Shown here piece after piece: positions 1-12,967 of a stretch of 39,816 nucleotides of DNA. A program made the translations under genes and the position numbers. The stretch's first letter is position 1. The number at the start of each line of letters is the position of its first letter. The stretch comes from Octopus bimaculoides (lineage: Eukaryota): positions 39,573,980-39,613,795 of the forward strand of contig NC_068999.1 of the NCBI RefSeq assembly GCF_001194135.2, in the 5' to 3' direction. A model generated the notes under the pieces. It did not search any database. It saw only the letters and a program-made list of their open reading frames with translations, and had not been told where the DNA came from.

Positions 1-37
<37 letters not shown>

Positions 38-230
38 GTATATGAGGATGTAAGTGTGTATCTGTGTCTATATGATTGTCTCTACCTATTTGCTGACATA
101 TCTATATTTTGGTGTGTTAAAATTTGACATATGTTGGTAAATACAATATACTTGTAACTATGACAATATATATGAAGTGTATAAGATATATTTCAGTACA
201 TAAATTGTTATAGCAATACATATATTAATG

Positions 231-237
231 ACACACA

Positions 238-276
<39 letters not shown>

Positions 277-312
277 GCACACATACACACACACACATAC
301 ACACACACACAT
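231..312. repeat. (CA)n microsatellite, imperfect
   Basis: Direct read of the sequence: long CA run with occasional TA/CG interruptions. Confidence 0.95.
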
Positions 313-548
313 GTTATACGGAGAAATGTATATCTGTATAACTATGTAAGTTTGATATATCTATAAAAATGACATTTTGGTGATTTAAGACGTTCAAGTA
401 GATAGTCTCTATAACACATACTGGTCAATATACAATTCCAATATTTACAATTAGGTTTTACAAGTCAGTGATTGCTTGCGTACGGTTGTGTGTGTGTCGG
501 TGCTTGATAATGCGAATATATTAGAAACACTTACATTGATACAAGGAC

Positions 549-567
549 ACACACATAGATATACACA

Positions 568-615
<48 letters not shown>

Positions 616-655
616 CACACACACACACACGCACACACACACACACATATATATG
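549..655. repeat. (CA)n microsatellite
   Basis: CA run ending in (TA)n; produces the HTHT/CVCV ORFs 476..658 and 521..730. Confidence 0.95.
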
Positions 656-812
656 TAACTGATATTCGTATATACAGAGGCCCTCACATAGACATTTACG
701 CAAGTAATTGTTGAAGATCTGTTTATACATAGAAGTTTGGTGTAACTGTATTCTTATGTATGTATCCTCTATGTAACTCTCTATTTATTTCATTTTTGTT
801 TTCTGTATTTCA

Positions 813-1125
<313 letters not shown>

Positions 1126-1680
1126 GTATATCATTGCCTACAATTTATAAGTAAATATATTTAAATGATTACAAATTGTATCAATATTAACTCTGTGTAC
1201 GTGTATCGAGCACCACTGAAAATAATTAAGTAAAATTCATTCACAATAGAGGGTGCAGTTTATAATACAGCTCAGATTGATATTGAATAAAACTATTTGC
1301 ATTCCATTACAATTTACCAACAGGAAGACTCATAGCTATCTTTCAAAATATTACGACTGCATTTAGTTTTAGAGAGCTGGCTGCCAATACTGATAATAAT
1401 CAATTCTCTAAAACGTTATTGCCACAAAATGCCTTTCAGCATGTGCCTGTATATATGTATATTTGTGTTTATTTGTTCTTATGCATGGAGAGATGAATAT
1501 ATACGTAAATACATAAATATATGTATGTATGTATATCCATGTATATCCATAACTACCGTCTCGACTATAAACTTGGAGCCCCAGTAATCCGTTACACCAC
1601 TTACCTAGCGTGCCTAATCGTTTAGATCACCTGTGAAATAAACCTCTGAGTTTCTGCATATCACGTTTTACCTGGATGCA

Positions 1681-1792
1681 ATGATTGGCAGCGGAACGTC
1701 TAGGCATACGCTGCATACGAACGATAACCCTTGCACCGTGTAGCGTTGTTTTTATTATAAACCAGTGAGTTGTATGCACCACTCCACTTTGA
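1681..1792 (+). promoter_or_regulatory. Candidate Pol II core promoter (reverse CCAAT, TATA, Inr)
   Basis: ATTGG at 1684-1688, TATAAA at 1756-1761, and YYANWYY Inr CCACTTT whose A (1786) lies 30 nt after the first T of the TATA, inside a CpG-containing unique island. Motif spacing only; no expression evidence. Confidence 0.35.
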
Positions 1793-2091
1793 GCGTCCAC
1801 ACGAGGTTCGATAGCGATATAAACATATGTGTGCGTGTGCATTTATACGCATATATGTATATATATATATACATATATGTGTGTGTATATGTATATGTAC
1901 GCTCTCACACACATACACACACAGACACACACACACATATATATATATATATATGTATATACAAATAAAATATTACTTAAATACGAATTTACCAATATCG
2001 AGGTAAATACACGCAAATATATATGTTTAGCGTTTAGCTCCTGTGAGTGTGCAAGTGTGTATATATGTATGTATATATATATATATATATA

Positions 2092-2245
2092 NNNNNNNNN
2101 NNNNNNNNNNNNNNNNNNNNNNNNNNNNNNNNNNNNNNNNNNNNNNNNNNNNNNNNNNNNNNNNNNNNNNNNNNNNNNNNNNNNNNNNNNNNNNNNNNNN
2201 NNNNNNNNNNNNNNNNNNNNNNNNNNNNNNNNNNNNNNNNNNNNN
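2092..2245. other. Assembly gap (N) flanked by (TA)n
   Basis: Run of N. Confidence 0.99.
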
Positions 2246-2270
2246 ATATACATATATATACGTACACACA

Positions 2271-2333
<63 letters not shown>

Positions 2334-2659
2334 GCATATATATACATGCACATATATGTGTGCGCGTGTGTGTGTATGTATATGTTTATATACACAGGAA
2401 GAGAGAGGGGAAGCTAAGCAAAATTTTTTTAGGAAGTTAATTGATTTAAATACCTTTTGTCTAATAGTTTCCTCTAAAATTTTACTGTCAACGTTATTTT
2501 TTCGACAAATATATTTGTCATTAATTTATTCCAGTTGAATAAACTTCAGAGCACGCTATTCGAATAAGAATACGCTGAAGTAGTTTTAGACATTGTCTTT
2601 GAAATGAATATATATCTACATGCCGCATTTTTCTTTCAATATTATATGTATATATAAAG

Positions 2660-3010
2660 AAATTAAACATATCCAACGTCGTCGCTACCGTCTTGATAGA
2701 CGATGGAATTCCTTCAGAATAAGAGTATACCCAAAATAATGCAAGTTACACTTCCTGGCGCATAGAGGTAATATTTCTGTCTTAGTATTCAAGATGTGGG
2801 GAGATTCGAACTTTTTCAAACTTTCAGGATGTTGTAGAAAGCCAGGTCAGTTGCTCATCTCAATATATTTCTGTATCCTTTCTCCATCTCAGCAACTTTT
2901 TCCTTCTCTGGCTTCACTTCATGTTTTTGATATTCATACTTGAACTCCAAACATCAGAGCCTCATGACTTTTAGTGTTGGTTTTCTCTCCAATTTTCTAA
3001 GAAGAAGAAA
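2660..3010 (-). mobile_element. Highly decayed RTE-like LINE ORF2 C-terminal remnant
   Basis: Minus-strand frames, broken by stops and frameshifts, read EKTNTKSHEALMFGVQV*, EKEKVAEMEKGYRNILR* and ILPLCARKCNLHYFGYTL. These are colinear with RTE post-RT motifs such as KTKL..Y..L..LLYG.ETW, AFEM.CYRRILRI and RKL.YFGH. Similarity judged by eye. Confidence 0.4.
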
Positions 3011-3397
3011 ATCGTCGATGCACTAATTAAATTTCTTCGCCATTTGAATTATCATGATCGAAATATTGATCTTGTTACCGTACATCGTGAGGTTTTCACG
3101 CTCGTAAAGTTACATTTTTCAGCTTTTTATATGTTATCCTCACGAACAGTAGATCTCTGCAGATTATTCTGTTGCGTAGCGCAATACACACACATATATT
3201 TAGTCACACAATTTCAGTATAAAAGGAAGGAAATCGAATACTGTCGGTCTTCATAGGCTGGTTCAAAAATAAATGGGGAAGACACGCTCATATCGAGTTC
3301 TTCTCTTATGTGTCACAGTCAACTCAACAACAGCATCAAAGCTTAAAGGCTGGAAATCGCAAGTGCATTATAAATTTCATTTCGAAATACAACTTGT

Positions 3398-3422
3398 AAA
3401 AAAAAAAAAAAAAAAAAAAAAA
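3398..3422 (+). repeat. Poly(A)25 tract
   Basis: 25 consecutive A; possibly a retroposon tail, no body identified. Confidence 0.9.
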
Positions 3423-3681
3423 TTATCAAGAAGTTTGCGCAATGCAGTTACACTACGACGAAGTGATATACGCTTTCCTATTCGCGGATATTTGTCACAA
3501 TATATAAGGGTTTTAGCTATCCAGCTTCCTATAGCTGCCAAAGGCTTTCTGACAACGAGATGTGGTTTCGTTTAATCGAGTTGCTGTACGTATGAATCAT
3601 TTTCTGTCCAACTGTCTCATGTTTAGTTTAACCTCCTGTCCACTTGCAAATGGTTCTGTACGCTATTCTATACATACATTC

Positions 3682-3830
<149 letters not shown>

Positions 3831-5308
3831 CTTATACACACGCATACAGACACACTAACACACACATATATAGATATATACATTATGTGTATTTGCGGGC
3901 GTGTGTGCATATATACAAATATACGAGTAGTTATGACTATGTTTACATGCAATTCAGACGCATCTAGACACATTAAAAAGGTTACAGTAGTGAGATACTT
4001 GATGCACATACTCGTAGATATTGCTTAATTAATTCTCCTGAAAAGTGTAAGGTATGCTTAGCCATTTGGTTTTTATTGAGAGCCAGGCATCGTATACATT
4101 TTTAAAAAGCGGTAAAGTCTCCTGATTCCATATGCATGCAATTTACGAAACAGAAGATAACCTAATTCGATAAATATCTAGTTGGCTAGTAATCTAACTA
4201 TAATAAATATTCAGCTATCATTATCAAGCCGCAAATAATTTCATTCTTTATGTATGACATACGGGAATGGAAACAAAAACATAAAAAAGCATTTTTAATA
4301 ATAATTTTTCTAGAAAAACCATTCCATAAAACCCCAATATCAGATGATTACAATTTTTTGCTTTTGTGAGTTCTTAAAGAAGAAAATAATAGAAATTTTT
4401 ATTCGATTAGCAGATAGTCGTTTTTCGATCTATATTGGTTTATTATACTTCCAGTTTGTGTGGCACAATTTTGATATTTATATTGTAAGATGGAGTCGTT
4501 TCATAATAGAGAATATTTGAAATAATGACCTCTGCACTATACGGCAACGAACTTTGACATTTCTTAGATATTCTAGTGCTTCTCATTGGAAATTGAATGC
4601 AATTTGTTTTTATTAGTATCATCATATCAAATATCGCGTTTCCTAAATTTTATTTTAAGGTTTCATTAATCAACCGATGTACTTATGACCCGCTCAAATT
4701 CATCGAGCATCAATTACAGTTAGTTTTATTAGAATGTAATTCAGATGTCGATTAGATATGTCTTTTAGCGTTTAATTCGCTCTTTAGAATGATTATGGTT
4801 TCGAAACTTTTACGTTCGTTTCTCTTTTTATTTTTTCGATCTTTGTTTTTATGTTGCTAATGCTATTTATTCTCTCACACTTTCGCTCTTCTCTACTGTA
4901 CAATAAATTTTGCTTCACAGAAAATAAATTAAATAATATTGTGTACATGAATATTTGTTTCATATATATATATATATATATATACACATTTATACTCGTT
5001 ATTATTCATATATACTGAAGCGTAATGCATGTGATTCTTGTATTCCAATTTCTTTTATTCATGTTTGATGGTTCATGCTTTGAATGAATTAATTTTTGTG
5101 TTCGAGTCGTCTTCGTTCCAAGAACGAAATATTGCATTGTTTGTTTGAGATGTTCCATCAATTTATGTTGGAAACTATTTGCTGTTGTGGCTTGATCTCT
5201 ACTGCGTGCCTTTAAAACTGGTAATGCTTTAAGTCATATATCATTCGTGGTTTGATAGATATTTGTTGATTCTATGTCTAACGATGGCCTTCTTTCTTCA
5301 TCAAACTG

Positions 5309-5628
5309 GACTAGCGTCTTCACTGGACTATCATCTCTTCGGTCCCATGAAAGAGGGTTTGAGAGGCAAACATTATTCCAGTGACGAGGAAGTAAAGACT
5401 GTAGTGAAGAAGTGGCTCATTGAACAGTCAACAGAATTGTACGGGGCAGGGAGGCATGCTCTCATTCGAAGGTGGAACATTACTATTGAGAGAAACGGAG
5501 ACTATATTGGGAAGTAGGGATGTGATCCGCAGAGGACGAGCTTCATTTTGATGTATTATACATGTTCCTGTGTTGGTAATTATACCTGTCCTAAACAAAT
5601 TAGCATTACCATTTTACTCACCCTCGTA
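5309..5628 (+). mobile_element. Mariner (DD34D) DNA transposon, 5'-truncated: transposase C-terminus, 3' TIR and TA
   Basis: Frame reads LASSLDYHLFGPMKEGLRGKHYSSDEEVKTVVKKWLIEQSTELYGAGRHALIRRWNITIERNGDYIGK* (stop at 5515-5517). This is the typical mariner C-terminus after the YSPDLAPSD(Y)HLF motif. It ends in ...TTACTCACCCTCG|TA (about 5602-5628), the reverse complement of a TA|CGAGGGTGAGT-type mariner TIR. I saw no 5' TIR in the window. Confidence 0.92.
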
Positions 5629-6891
5629 CATATATACCAGATTATATTCGCATATAACTCTGTAACATCCTTATGCGCTTATGTGGGTGTGTTGGCGTCA
5701 GCTGCAATGACGTGTTTGCATTTGTCTACAGTAATATAACGTTAATGTTAATAGCCACGATAGACGCGAATTATTTATTGTAATATGAAATGTTCAGTCC
5801 AAGTGTTTCTAAAATTCAAAATTATAATTTCTTAAAGTAAACTAATAATAACCACAGAAAGTTCGATCTCAAGAAGATCTGTACTGTGTGACCAAATGTT
5901 TTATCAATACACATTATTTTGTAAACCCTAAATTGCCACGATAAATACTGTTATATAGAAAGAGAATCTTCATGCGCTTCATATACCTCTGTAGACTATA
6001 TTAACTGGACACGGAAATGATTCTTAATAGGTTACAAAGTCTTATAAGAAACTATCATAGATCACTTCAGCTTACATTACTGTCCACCCACAACGGACAA
6101 AGAAGTGCTCTCCTACCATCCTCCCTTACTGACACGTTCCTCTGTCTATCAACACAAAACCTGCAAATATATGTGTGTGTGTGAGGAGTATGTGTGCGTG
6201 CATGTGTGCGCGCCTGTGCGTGTGCGTGCGTGTCTGTTCTTTGTGTGTGTTCTGTGTGTGTGTGCATATGTAAGACCTTCAGTCGCGAGGTAAAGCACAG
6301 TCTATAATCATTCATAACGTCTCCAAGACTCAGTCGCGGGATGCAGTTATGCTTAAACCGGAGCTGTTGCCAGAATATTTGCAACAGAGTGACGTCTGCT
6401 AAATGATATTTATATAGCCTTATACCTACCTTACCAATCTATTTGTCTATCTATATTTATAAATCTATATGTATATCTGTACCTATGTTTTTACATGTGC
6501 GTATATGCATAAAATCTTGTGTATGTTAACCGGATGCTGAAAATACATTCTTATAAAATATGCTGGTTTTTCAATTGATCAATTTTCCTTTTATTTTTTT
6601 TGTTTTTACTTTATTGCAACTAAACTGACATTTGATACATAATATCATATTTAGAGAATGTTAGGCTCCAAGAAATTTCCCTCTTTATAAAGATATTGTA
6701 AAAGAAGGAAAGCATTTAGTATCAAGTCGGTAAAGGAAATATTGCGCAGAGTTCATCTCATACTCTACTTGCAGACACACAAGGGGTTGTGTGTGCGTGC
6801 GTATATACATGCATAAATACATGCATGGATATATAAATATATATATATAAATATATATATATAAATATATATATATAAATATATATATATA

Positions 6892-7192
6892 NNNNNNNNN
6901 NNNNNNNNNNNNNNNNNNNNNNNNNNNNNNNNNNNNNNNNNNNNNNNNNNNNNNNNNNNNNNNNNNNNNNNNNNNNNNNNNNNNNNNNNNNNNNNNNNNN
7001 NNNNNNNNNNNNNNNNNNNNNNNNNNNNNNNNNNNNNNNNNNNNNNNNNNNNNNNNNNNNNNNNNNNNNNNNNNNNNNNNNNNNNNNNNNNNNNNNNNNN
7101 NNNNNNNNNNNNNNNNNNNNNNNNNNNNNNNNNNNNNNNNNNNNNNNNNNNNNNNNNNNNNNNNNNNNNNNNNNNNNNNNNNNNNNNNNNNN
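6892..7192. other. Assembly gap (N) flanked by (TA)n
   Basis: Run of N. Confidence 0.99.
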
Positions 7193-8778
7193 TATATATA
7201 TATATATATATATATATATTGTGTATGCATATATATATGAATATAGATGCACATATACCTTATACGTATATATGTATATATGTATTAATATATGTATGTA
7301 TATACACAGATATATACACTTACACTCACGCACACACGCACACACATGTACTGAAAGTCCATTATCCCGTTGTCATGAATATTAAAGAACAGCTCTTAGT
7401 AAAATATATATCAACACATCACGCAGGAAATACATTCACAGATAAGGTGTTTAATTGTATTCATGTAGCAATAGGTTAGCACAAGTTAATAGATACACAC
7501 ATGCACACTTAATATATTTTACTAGCATACCTTCGTGAAATCTATTGACTCCTCTGTACTAAAATAACCAGTACACTGCCGCAATTATCCATATGTATGT
7601 GTGTGTGTGTGTGTACGAATGTGTGTGTAAGCATGTATATATTGGTCAAATGTGTGTGCGTTTGTGGTATGTGTGTTTGTGTGTGTGTTTTTGTAAATGA
7701 ACTTAACTCATAAGAAAGTTCTACAATCGTAAAAGTATTTATTGGAAAGCATTGTAATCTCATCGAAAATTAAAGTAGTAATATTTCTTATTGTCGTTCT
7801 TAGACAGTTTGGAACCATAATAGGCAGTATTTATTCAAGACTATCATGTAAGAAGGGGGAAAAGAAATAAGAGAGAAAAACAAACAAAGAAAGAGACAGA
7901 AAAGAAATGAATGATACGCAACATTTCAATAAACCAATAATGCTGGCTTTCAAGCTGAGAGATTCGTTTTACTCTCTTTGACTGCAACTACTCCGGACGT
8001 TATTTTATTGTATGAATATATTAGAAATTACGGCGTCTAACCTTATTATATTCAGGTTTTTGTAATCCAACAAGAGGATATATTTGAACAATCACCAGGC
8101 TGTGTTATTTAATACAATTTTTTGTCAATGAAAAACACACTTATTTCTCGCTAATTAGTAACAGTAATTCTAGGCGACTGTTTCACATTGCAAACATATA
8201 AACATACCTACACAGATAAGCATCTATTTGCGTGTATATATGTAAATAAGACTATACATACACACACACATATATATATGTATGTGTGTGTGTGTATGTG
8301 TGTGTGTGTGTGTATGTAAATCAGGCTATATTTATATATATATATATATATATACATATATAGGTATAGAATTATATATATGCACACGTCTATACGTAAC
8401 TATGCACCCACACCCATATAATACATACATACACACACACGCACAAATACATAAACACACACACACACACACATATATCAGTAATGCTACTAGTAGTACA
8501 TCCTATGTTGTTTTCTCACCAAAACCATTCGGACAATTTTGATATACAAAATATCAAGTATCGACATAGTAACTATTTCATTTGCTGTGAATAATGACTA
8601 GTAACGGCAGACGAAAATAATAAAACACAATTTCGTTTCGCCATTATGACTAGTTTCCATTTAACCAATAACTAGCTTCACTTAGCCGCGAAACATTTTA
8701 AAAATACGTTTCTGAAAGACTTTCGAATTCGATGTTAATACATTCGATTGAATTTCTCTGATAACTCTCATTAATGCA

Positions 8779-8843
<65 letters not shown>
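8779..8843. repeat. (ATT)n microsatellite
   Basis: About 21 perfect units; source of the poly-I ORF 8774..8971. Confidence 0.95.
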
Positions 8844-8844
<1 letters not shown>

Positions 8845-9269
8845 GTATTCACATAATTTTGTTTTAGTATTTGAAAGTTCCCGAAAGTTTACAATAATTC
8901 ATATTAAATTAATCAGGCGATTTCACATAAGTGTTTTAAATCATTTGATACGCATAATTTTAAGAATCTAAAATTTTAAAATCATCATCCGGTTTATAAG
9001 CAAAAATCGCAGTTTCATTTAAAATGATATAAATTGATTTTAATTTGAGCATGAACAATGGAATGAGAAAAATGAGTTTGTTTTGATATTCACTATATGA
9101 AGTGGGCTTTATCTGTTATCACATCTCTAGGGATTTCGTTAATTAATCATGAATTATTTGTGGGTTGTCATCTTATAATGAAAGATAATAGCTTAATAAT
9201 TACAGAGCTCTCTGTGTGTGGTTAAGACGTTCGCTACGCAACTATGTAACTGCTTGCATTTTGGAGAAG

Positions 9270-9610
9270 TATCTTCGACTATAGCCATGGTCCGAGCAAA
9301 AACCTTGTGAGTGAATTTAGTATGGTAACTGTGTTGAAGCCTCCATTCGTATATACATACATGTATGTATGTATGTATGTATGTATATATGTGCGTGCGT
9401 GTGGGTGCGTGTTGGTGTTTGTATCCCACCTTTGCTCGCCAGTCGATATTTGTTATGTTTCTAGTTAACTAGCTGTTCAGCAAAAGAGACCAATGGAATA
9501 AGTACAAGACTTAAGGAAATGTGAAATGGTGTCAGATTTATTCGGCTTTAACCTTTTACGCTTTGCTGTAGCGTGGCCGACCGCAGTCTAATGACTGAAG
9601 CAAGTGAAAG
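9270..9610 (+). mobile_element. SINE family B copy, 5'-truncated and decayed
   Basis: Shares TCTT..ACTATAG, CC.AGC.AAA.CCTTGTGAGTG.ATTT, an internal (TA/TG) tract and a GGCCG..CGCAGTC.AATGACTGAA.CAAGT-like 3' end with the better copies at 19753 and 27600. Confidence 0.7.
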
Positions 9611-10934
9611 CTAAAAGCTAAACCTACTTCCGGATCCACATCTGAGCTGTTTTACACATTAAGATATCTTTTCCGATTCAAGTATTTGTTAGAATTAAAT
9701 TGAGCACTTTGTCAATAAGCTCAATATACATTTAAGTTTTCTGCGTTTTCTTAAAAATGTTGATTAGATGCTAACATAATTAATGCACAGTTCATAAAAT
9801 ACAACGCATGGAAAAGAACGTTGCTGAATTTATTTTCATTTTCCTTACAGTTACAGGAGTCAACACAGTTAGTACTCAGTTTTCACCGCTAAAGGCATGT
9901 TATGACTTCAACTGAATTGACTAGCAATGTAGCCATTGTTTGCTGGGGATGAACATGTTTATTATGAGAGATTTAAAGATTTATGAAAAATTCATGTTTT
10001 AAGTTATAAGTTAAATTTATTGTCAGAGCCAAATTGCTATACTGAAGCAAGGGAATATTTTAGGAGATGATAAATTTGAATATATCTCTGAGATATTACA
10101 TACGACACTTTAAATTTAAGTCCTAATTTCTCATGCGAAATAAAGTCAACATATGTTTCAGCAGTGTTTATGACATTCCATGTCAAAACCTGTAATTAAC
10201 TGTGCCTCCATACTTAGCGCTGAACAAATTTTCTCGAAGTTGATGTCGTGTGGAAAAGAAACACACATAAATCGTACAGGGCTACATATGTTTATAATGC
10301 AAACGGTTACACATTAAGAAAGATGGACATGATATATGGGAATTGATCAGTTTGATAAAAGAGATAGTGTTGTGTCGATGGCTGTATACCAATCATCACT
10401 CAATGATTGTTTGCTCGAATAGTTAGTGGCTTTTATGAAATCTTTAGGTATTTACATTTTCATACACATAACAAGTACCTGTATTCCTATTTAGCAAGGT
10501 TGCTATGTTCCGCGAAAAGTGTGTTACGCTAAAAGCGCGCATTAAACGTATTAACACAACTGCCGCGTTCTACGCTAATCGTTTGTCAATCGTTCGAGGA
10601 CCGGAAGATACTTGCTAAACATGATTATATTTAATACTATGAAGTTAATGAACCTAAAAGAAAGAACAAGGAAACTCTCCACCAAATGAAATTTGAAACC
10701 AGATCGTAGATATACAGAATGATATAAACCGAAACAGTTCTTTTCCTAAAAGAATGGTCAGATAAAGAATGTCGGTACTTATTAATCTTTTCGAGGGTTT
10801 CTATAGAGTGGACGTGGTGAGGGTCAAGTAACCCCAGGGAAGAGAATCATCTTCCGACAAAACGCTCTCTACTAATTTCACAAAAATCGTGATTATAGTG
10901 TTGCTGATTAAACCAACACCAATTATTTTAAACT

Positions 10935-11075
10935 CCTTCTAGGTTCCACGCAGATCTATAAGATTTTGTCGATGAGTGTCTCGACTACAAAATACCTGAG
11001 GTACAGAGTAGTTAGCGGCTCGAACTCGAAATTAGATAGTTTTGAAGTGAGGCATTAAACCATTAGGTTATGCTT
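10935..11075 (-). mobile_element. Possible very decayed tRNA-derived SINE head (family B-like)
   Basis: Weak resemblance to the reverse-complemented head of the 19753 copy (CTCGAACTCGAAA...TTAAACCA). Confidence 0.25.
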
Positions 11076-11375
11076 AAACAAAGTTCTGAAATTCTATTGA
11101 AAACACAGGTTACTGATAAGACAGCAATATTTGAATATATTTTAAAACTTTCTGAATTGATCACATTGCCGTGTTGAGTTTAATGGGGAATTTTAGAAGC
11201 CATATAAACGACACAGCATGAGATATAAATATAACCTAGCTCATGCTATTAATAATGTTAAGTTCTTTACGAAGTAGCAACTGTAATTTAAATCTGTATT
11301 CATGTAAGTTACACGTATATGTATATATATACATATATATGTGTGTGTGTGTATATGTATATATATATATATATA

Positions 11376-11689
11376 NNNNNNNNNNNNNNNNNNNNNNNNN
11401 NNNNNNNNNNNNNNNNNNNNNNNNNNNNNNNNNNNNNNNNNNNNNNNNNNNNNNNNNNNNNNNNNNNNNNNNNNNNNNNNNNNNNNNNNNNNNNNNNNNN
11501 NNNNNNNNNNNNNNNNNNNNNNNNNNNNNNNNNNNNNNNNNNNNNNNNNNNNNNNNNNNNNNNNNNNNNNNNNNNNNNNNNNNNNNNNNNNNNNNNNNNN
11601 NNNNNNNNNNNNNNNNNNNNNNNNNNNNNNNNNNNNNNNNNNNNNNNNNNNNNNNNNNNNNNNNNNNNNNNNNNNNNNNNNNNNNNNNN
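11376..11689. other. Assembly gap (N)
   Basis: Run of N between (TA)n and a GAT/AAT tract. Confidence 0.99.
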
Positions 11690-11862
11690 CGAGGACGAAG
11701 ATGATGGGGATGGTATTGGTGGTGATGGTAATGATGGTTAATATGATAACATCGTCGTTAACTTCATCATCATTATCATCATCAACAACGACAACAACGA
11801 TGATGATCATGATGATCATGATGATGACGACGACGAAAATAATAATAATAATAATAATAATA

Positions 11863-11925
<63 letters not shown>

Positions 11926-11972
11926 TTAAATATAATAATAATGATAACGATAATGATAATGATATTAATAAT
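11690..11972. repeat. Compound trinucleotide microsatellite (GAT/GGT/CAT/AAC/AAT)
   Basis: Direct read; gives the poly-I/M/D ORFs. Confidence 0.93.
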
Positions 11973-12327
11973 CGACAAGAGCTCTAATTATATGGGTATA
12001 TATGCATGCATGCAGTCATATATAAAAGTCAATAGGAATGTTATTAATATGGGCCATATATTACTCATATTATGTGTCGTGTTAATATTTCCATATAATT
12101 CAAATAACCCCTATTAAGAGAACAACTGCTAATAGTATTGAACACATACTTATACTATATAACATATACGATAATAAACTGAAATGGATGACTCCGAGAG
12201 ATTGGTTTGGTTGTCGGAAGAAAGTGGATTTTTCTACATCAAAATATACAGCCTCTACGGAACTAGTATGCCGCATTATTTCATATATTTCAAGATACAT
12301 TCCTCCAGCAACAATAGTAATTTTGTT

Positions 12328-12404
12328 TTTTTCTACTATAGGTACAAGACCTGGCCCCAGTGCTCCTATGGTATTTATTTTATCGAGCCCGAATGGATGA
12401 TAGG
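12328..12404 (-). mobile_element. SINE family A 3' fragment with internal deletion
   Basis: TTCTACTATAGGTACAAGACCTG and CCCCAGTGCTC..TGGTATTTATTTTATCGAGCCCGAATGGATGATAGG are reverse complements of the tail and central domain seen at 31440-31580. Confidence 0.75.
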
Positions 12405-12499
12405 CCCATTGAACGGCTTTCGTCCCTTCGTGTCTAAGTGCTCGTGCCTTAGCTCTGAAAACGCAACATTCGCAATGACAGCGGACATTTGGAACGGTA

Positions 12500-12967
12500 T
12501 GCACATGATTCTTCTAAAAAATGGGCTACAGTAAATATTCTGCTCAGGACCACAGATTTGCTTGATCTTAACCAGTTGAGCATGTCCCTTAGTGGCTGAC
12601 GATATGTGCATCTCTGATCACGAGCAGAAGTAGTCGGGGAGCATCATATTCGTGTTGAGAGGAATTATTTGGGGTTTGGGTAACTCACCTTTGGATACAT
12701 GGGTATTTCGTTCGACATCCACAAACAACTTTTATTCAAGGAAGCTTTGAGCTGGATGGGCTACTCGACTTGAACAAAATTTTAACTGGGCCCCACCTGC
12801 AAGGTCATGCGCTGTTTGTCTTGATATGAGACCACTATCTCGCGCACATATGGTTGCGATGCATGTGCTTGGTGCACCCTCATCAGACGTGTAGTCATGA
12901 GGGGTATATTGGGCTTCGTATATTTTACCCCAGTGTGACATTGATGGCATGTCCTGCTCTCTCACTC
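12500..12967 (+). mobile_element. Interspersed repeat ending in an (AAT)n tail (probable non-LTR element 3' region)
   Basis: GC-richer non-coding block (TGAGCATGTCCCTTAGTGGCTGACGATATGTGCATCTCTGATCACGAGCAGAAGTAG...GGGCCCCACCTGCAAGGTCATG...CTCTCTCACTC) running directly into AAT repeats. I recall it as an abundant Octopus repeat; family not verified. Confidence 0.55.

Noticed and set aside
1627-1842. Minus ORF IAIEPRVDAQSGVVHTTHWFIIKTTLHGARVIVRMQRMPRRSAANHCIQ as a coding exon
   Set aside because: Starts within a microsatellite with no acceptor and matches no family I recognise; the regulatory reading is more parsimonious.
12100-12504. 134-aa minus ORF with a hydrophobic C-terminus and an IGALG word like R4 endonucleases
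   Set aside because: IGALGPGLVPIV lies inside the SINE fragment; no RT, CCHC or PD..D motifs; no supporting splice or start context.
12184-12534. YGIYFIEPEWMIGPLNGFRPF resembling the SGxYxIDPDG..GP..PF motif of Caspr/fibrinogen-like domains
   Set aside because: The nucleotides encoding CSYGIYFIEPEWMIG are the antisense SINE-A central domain, so the similarity is coincidental. Kept only as a possible exonization case.
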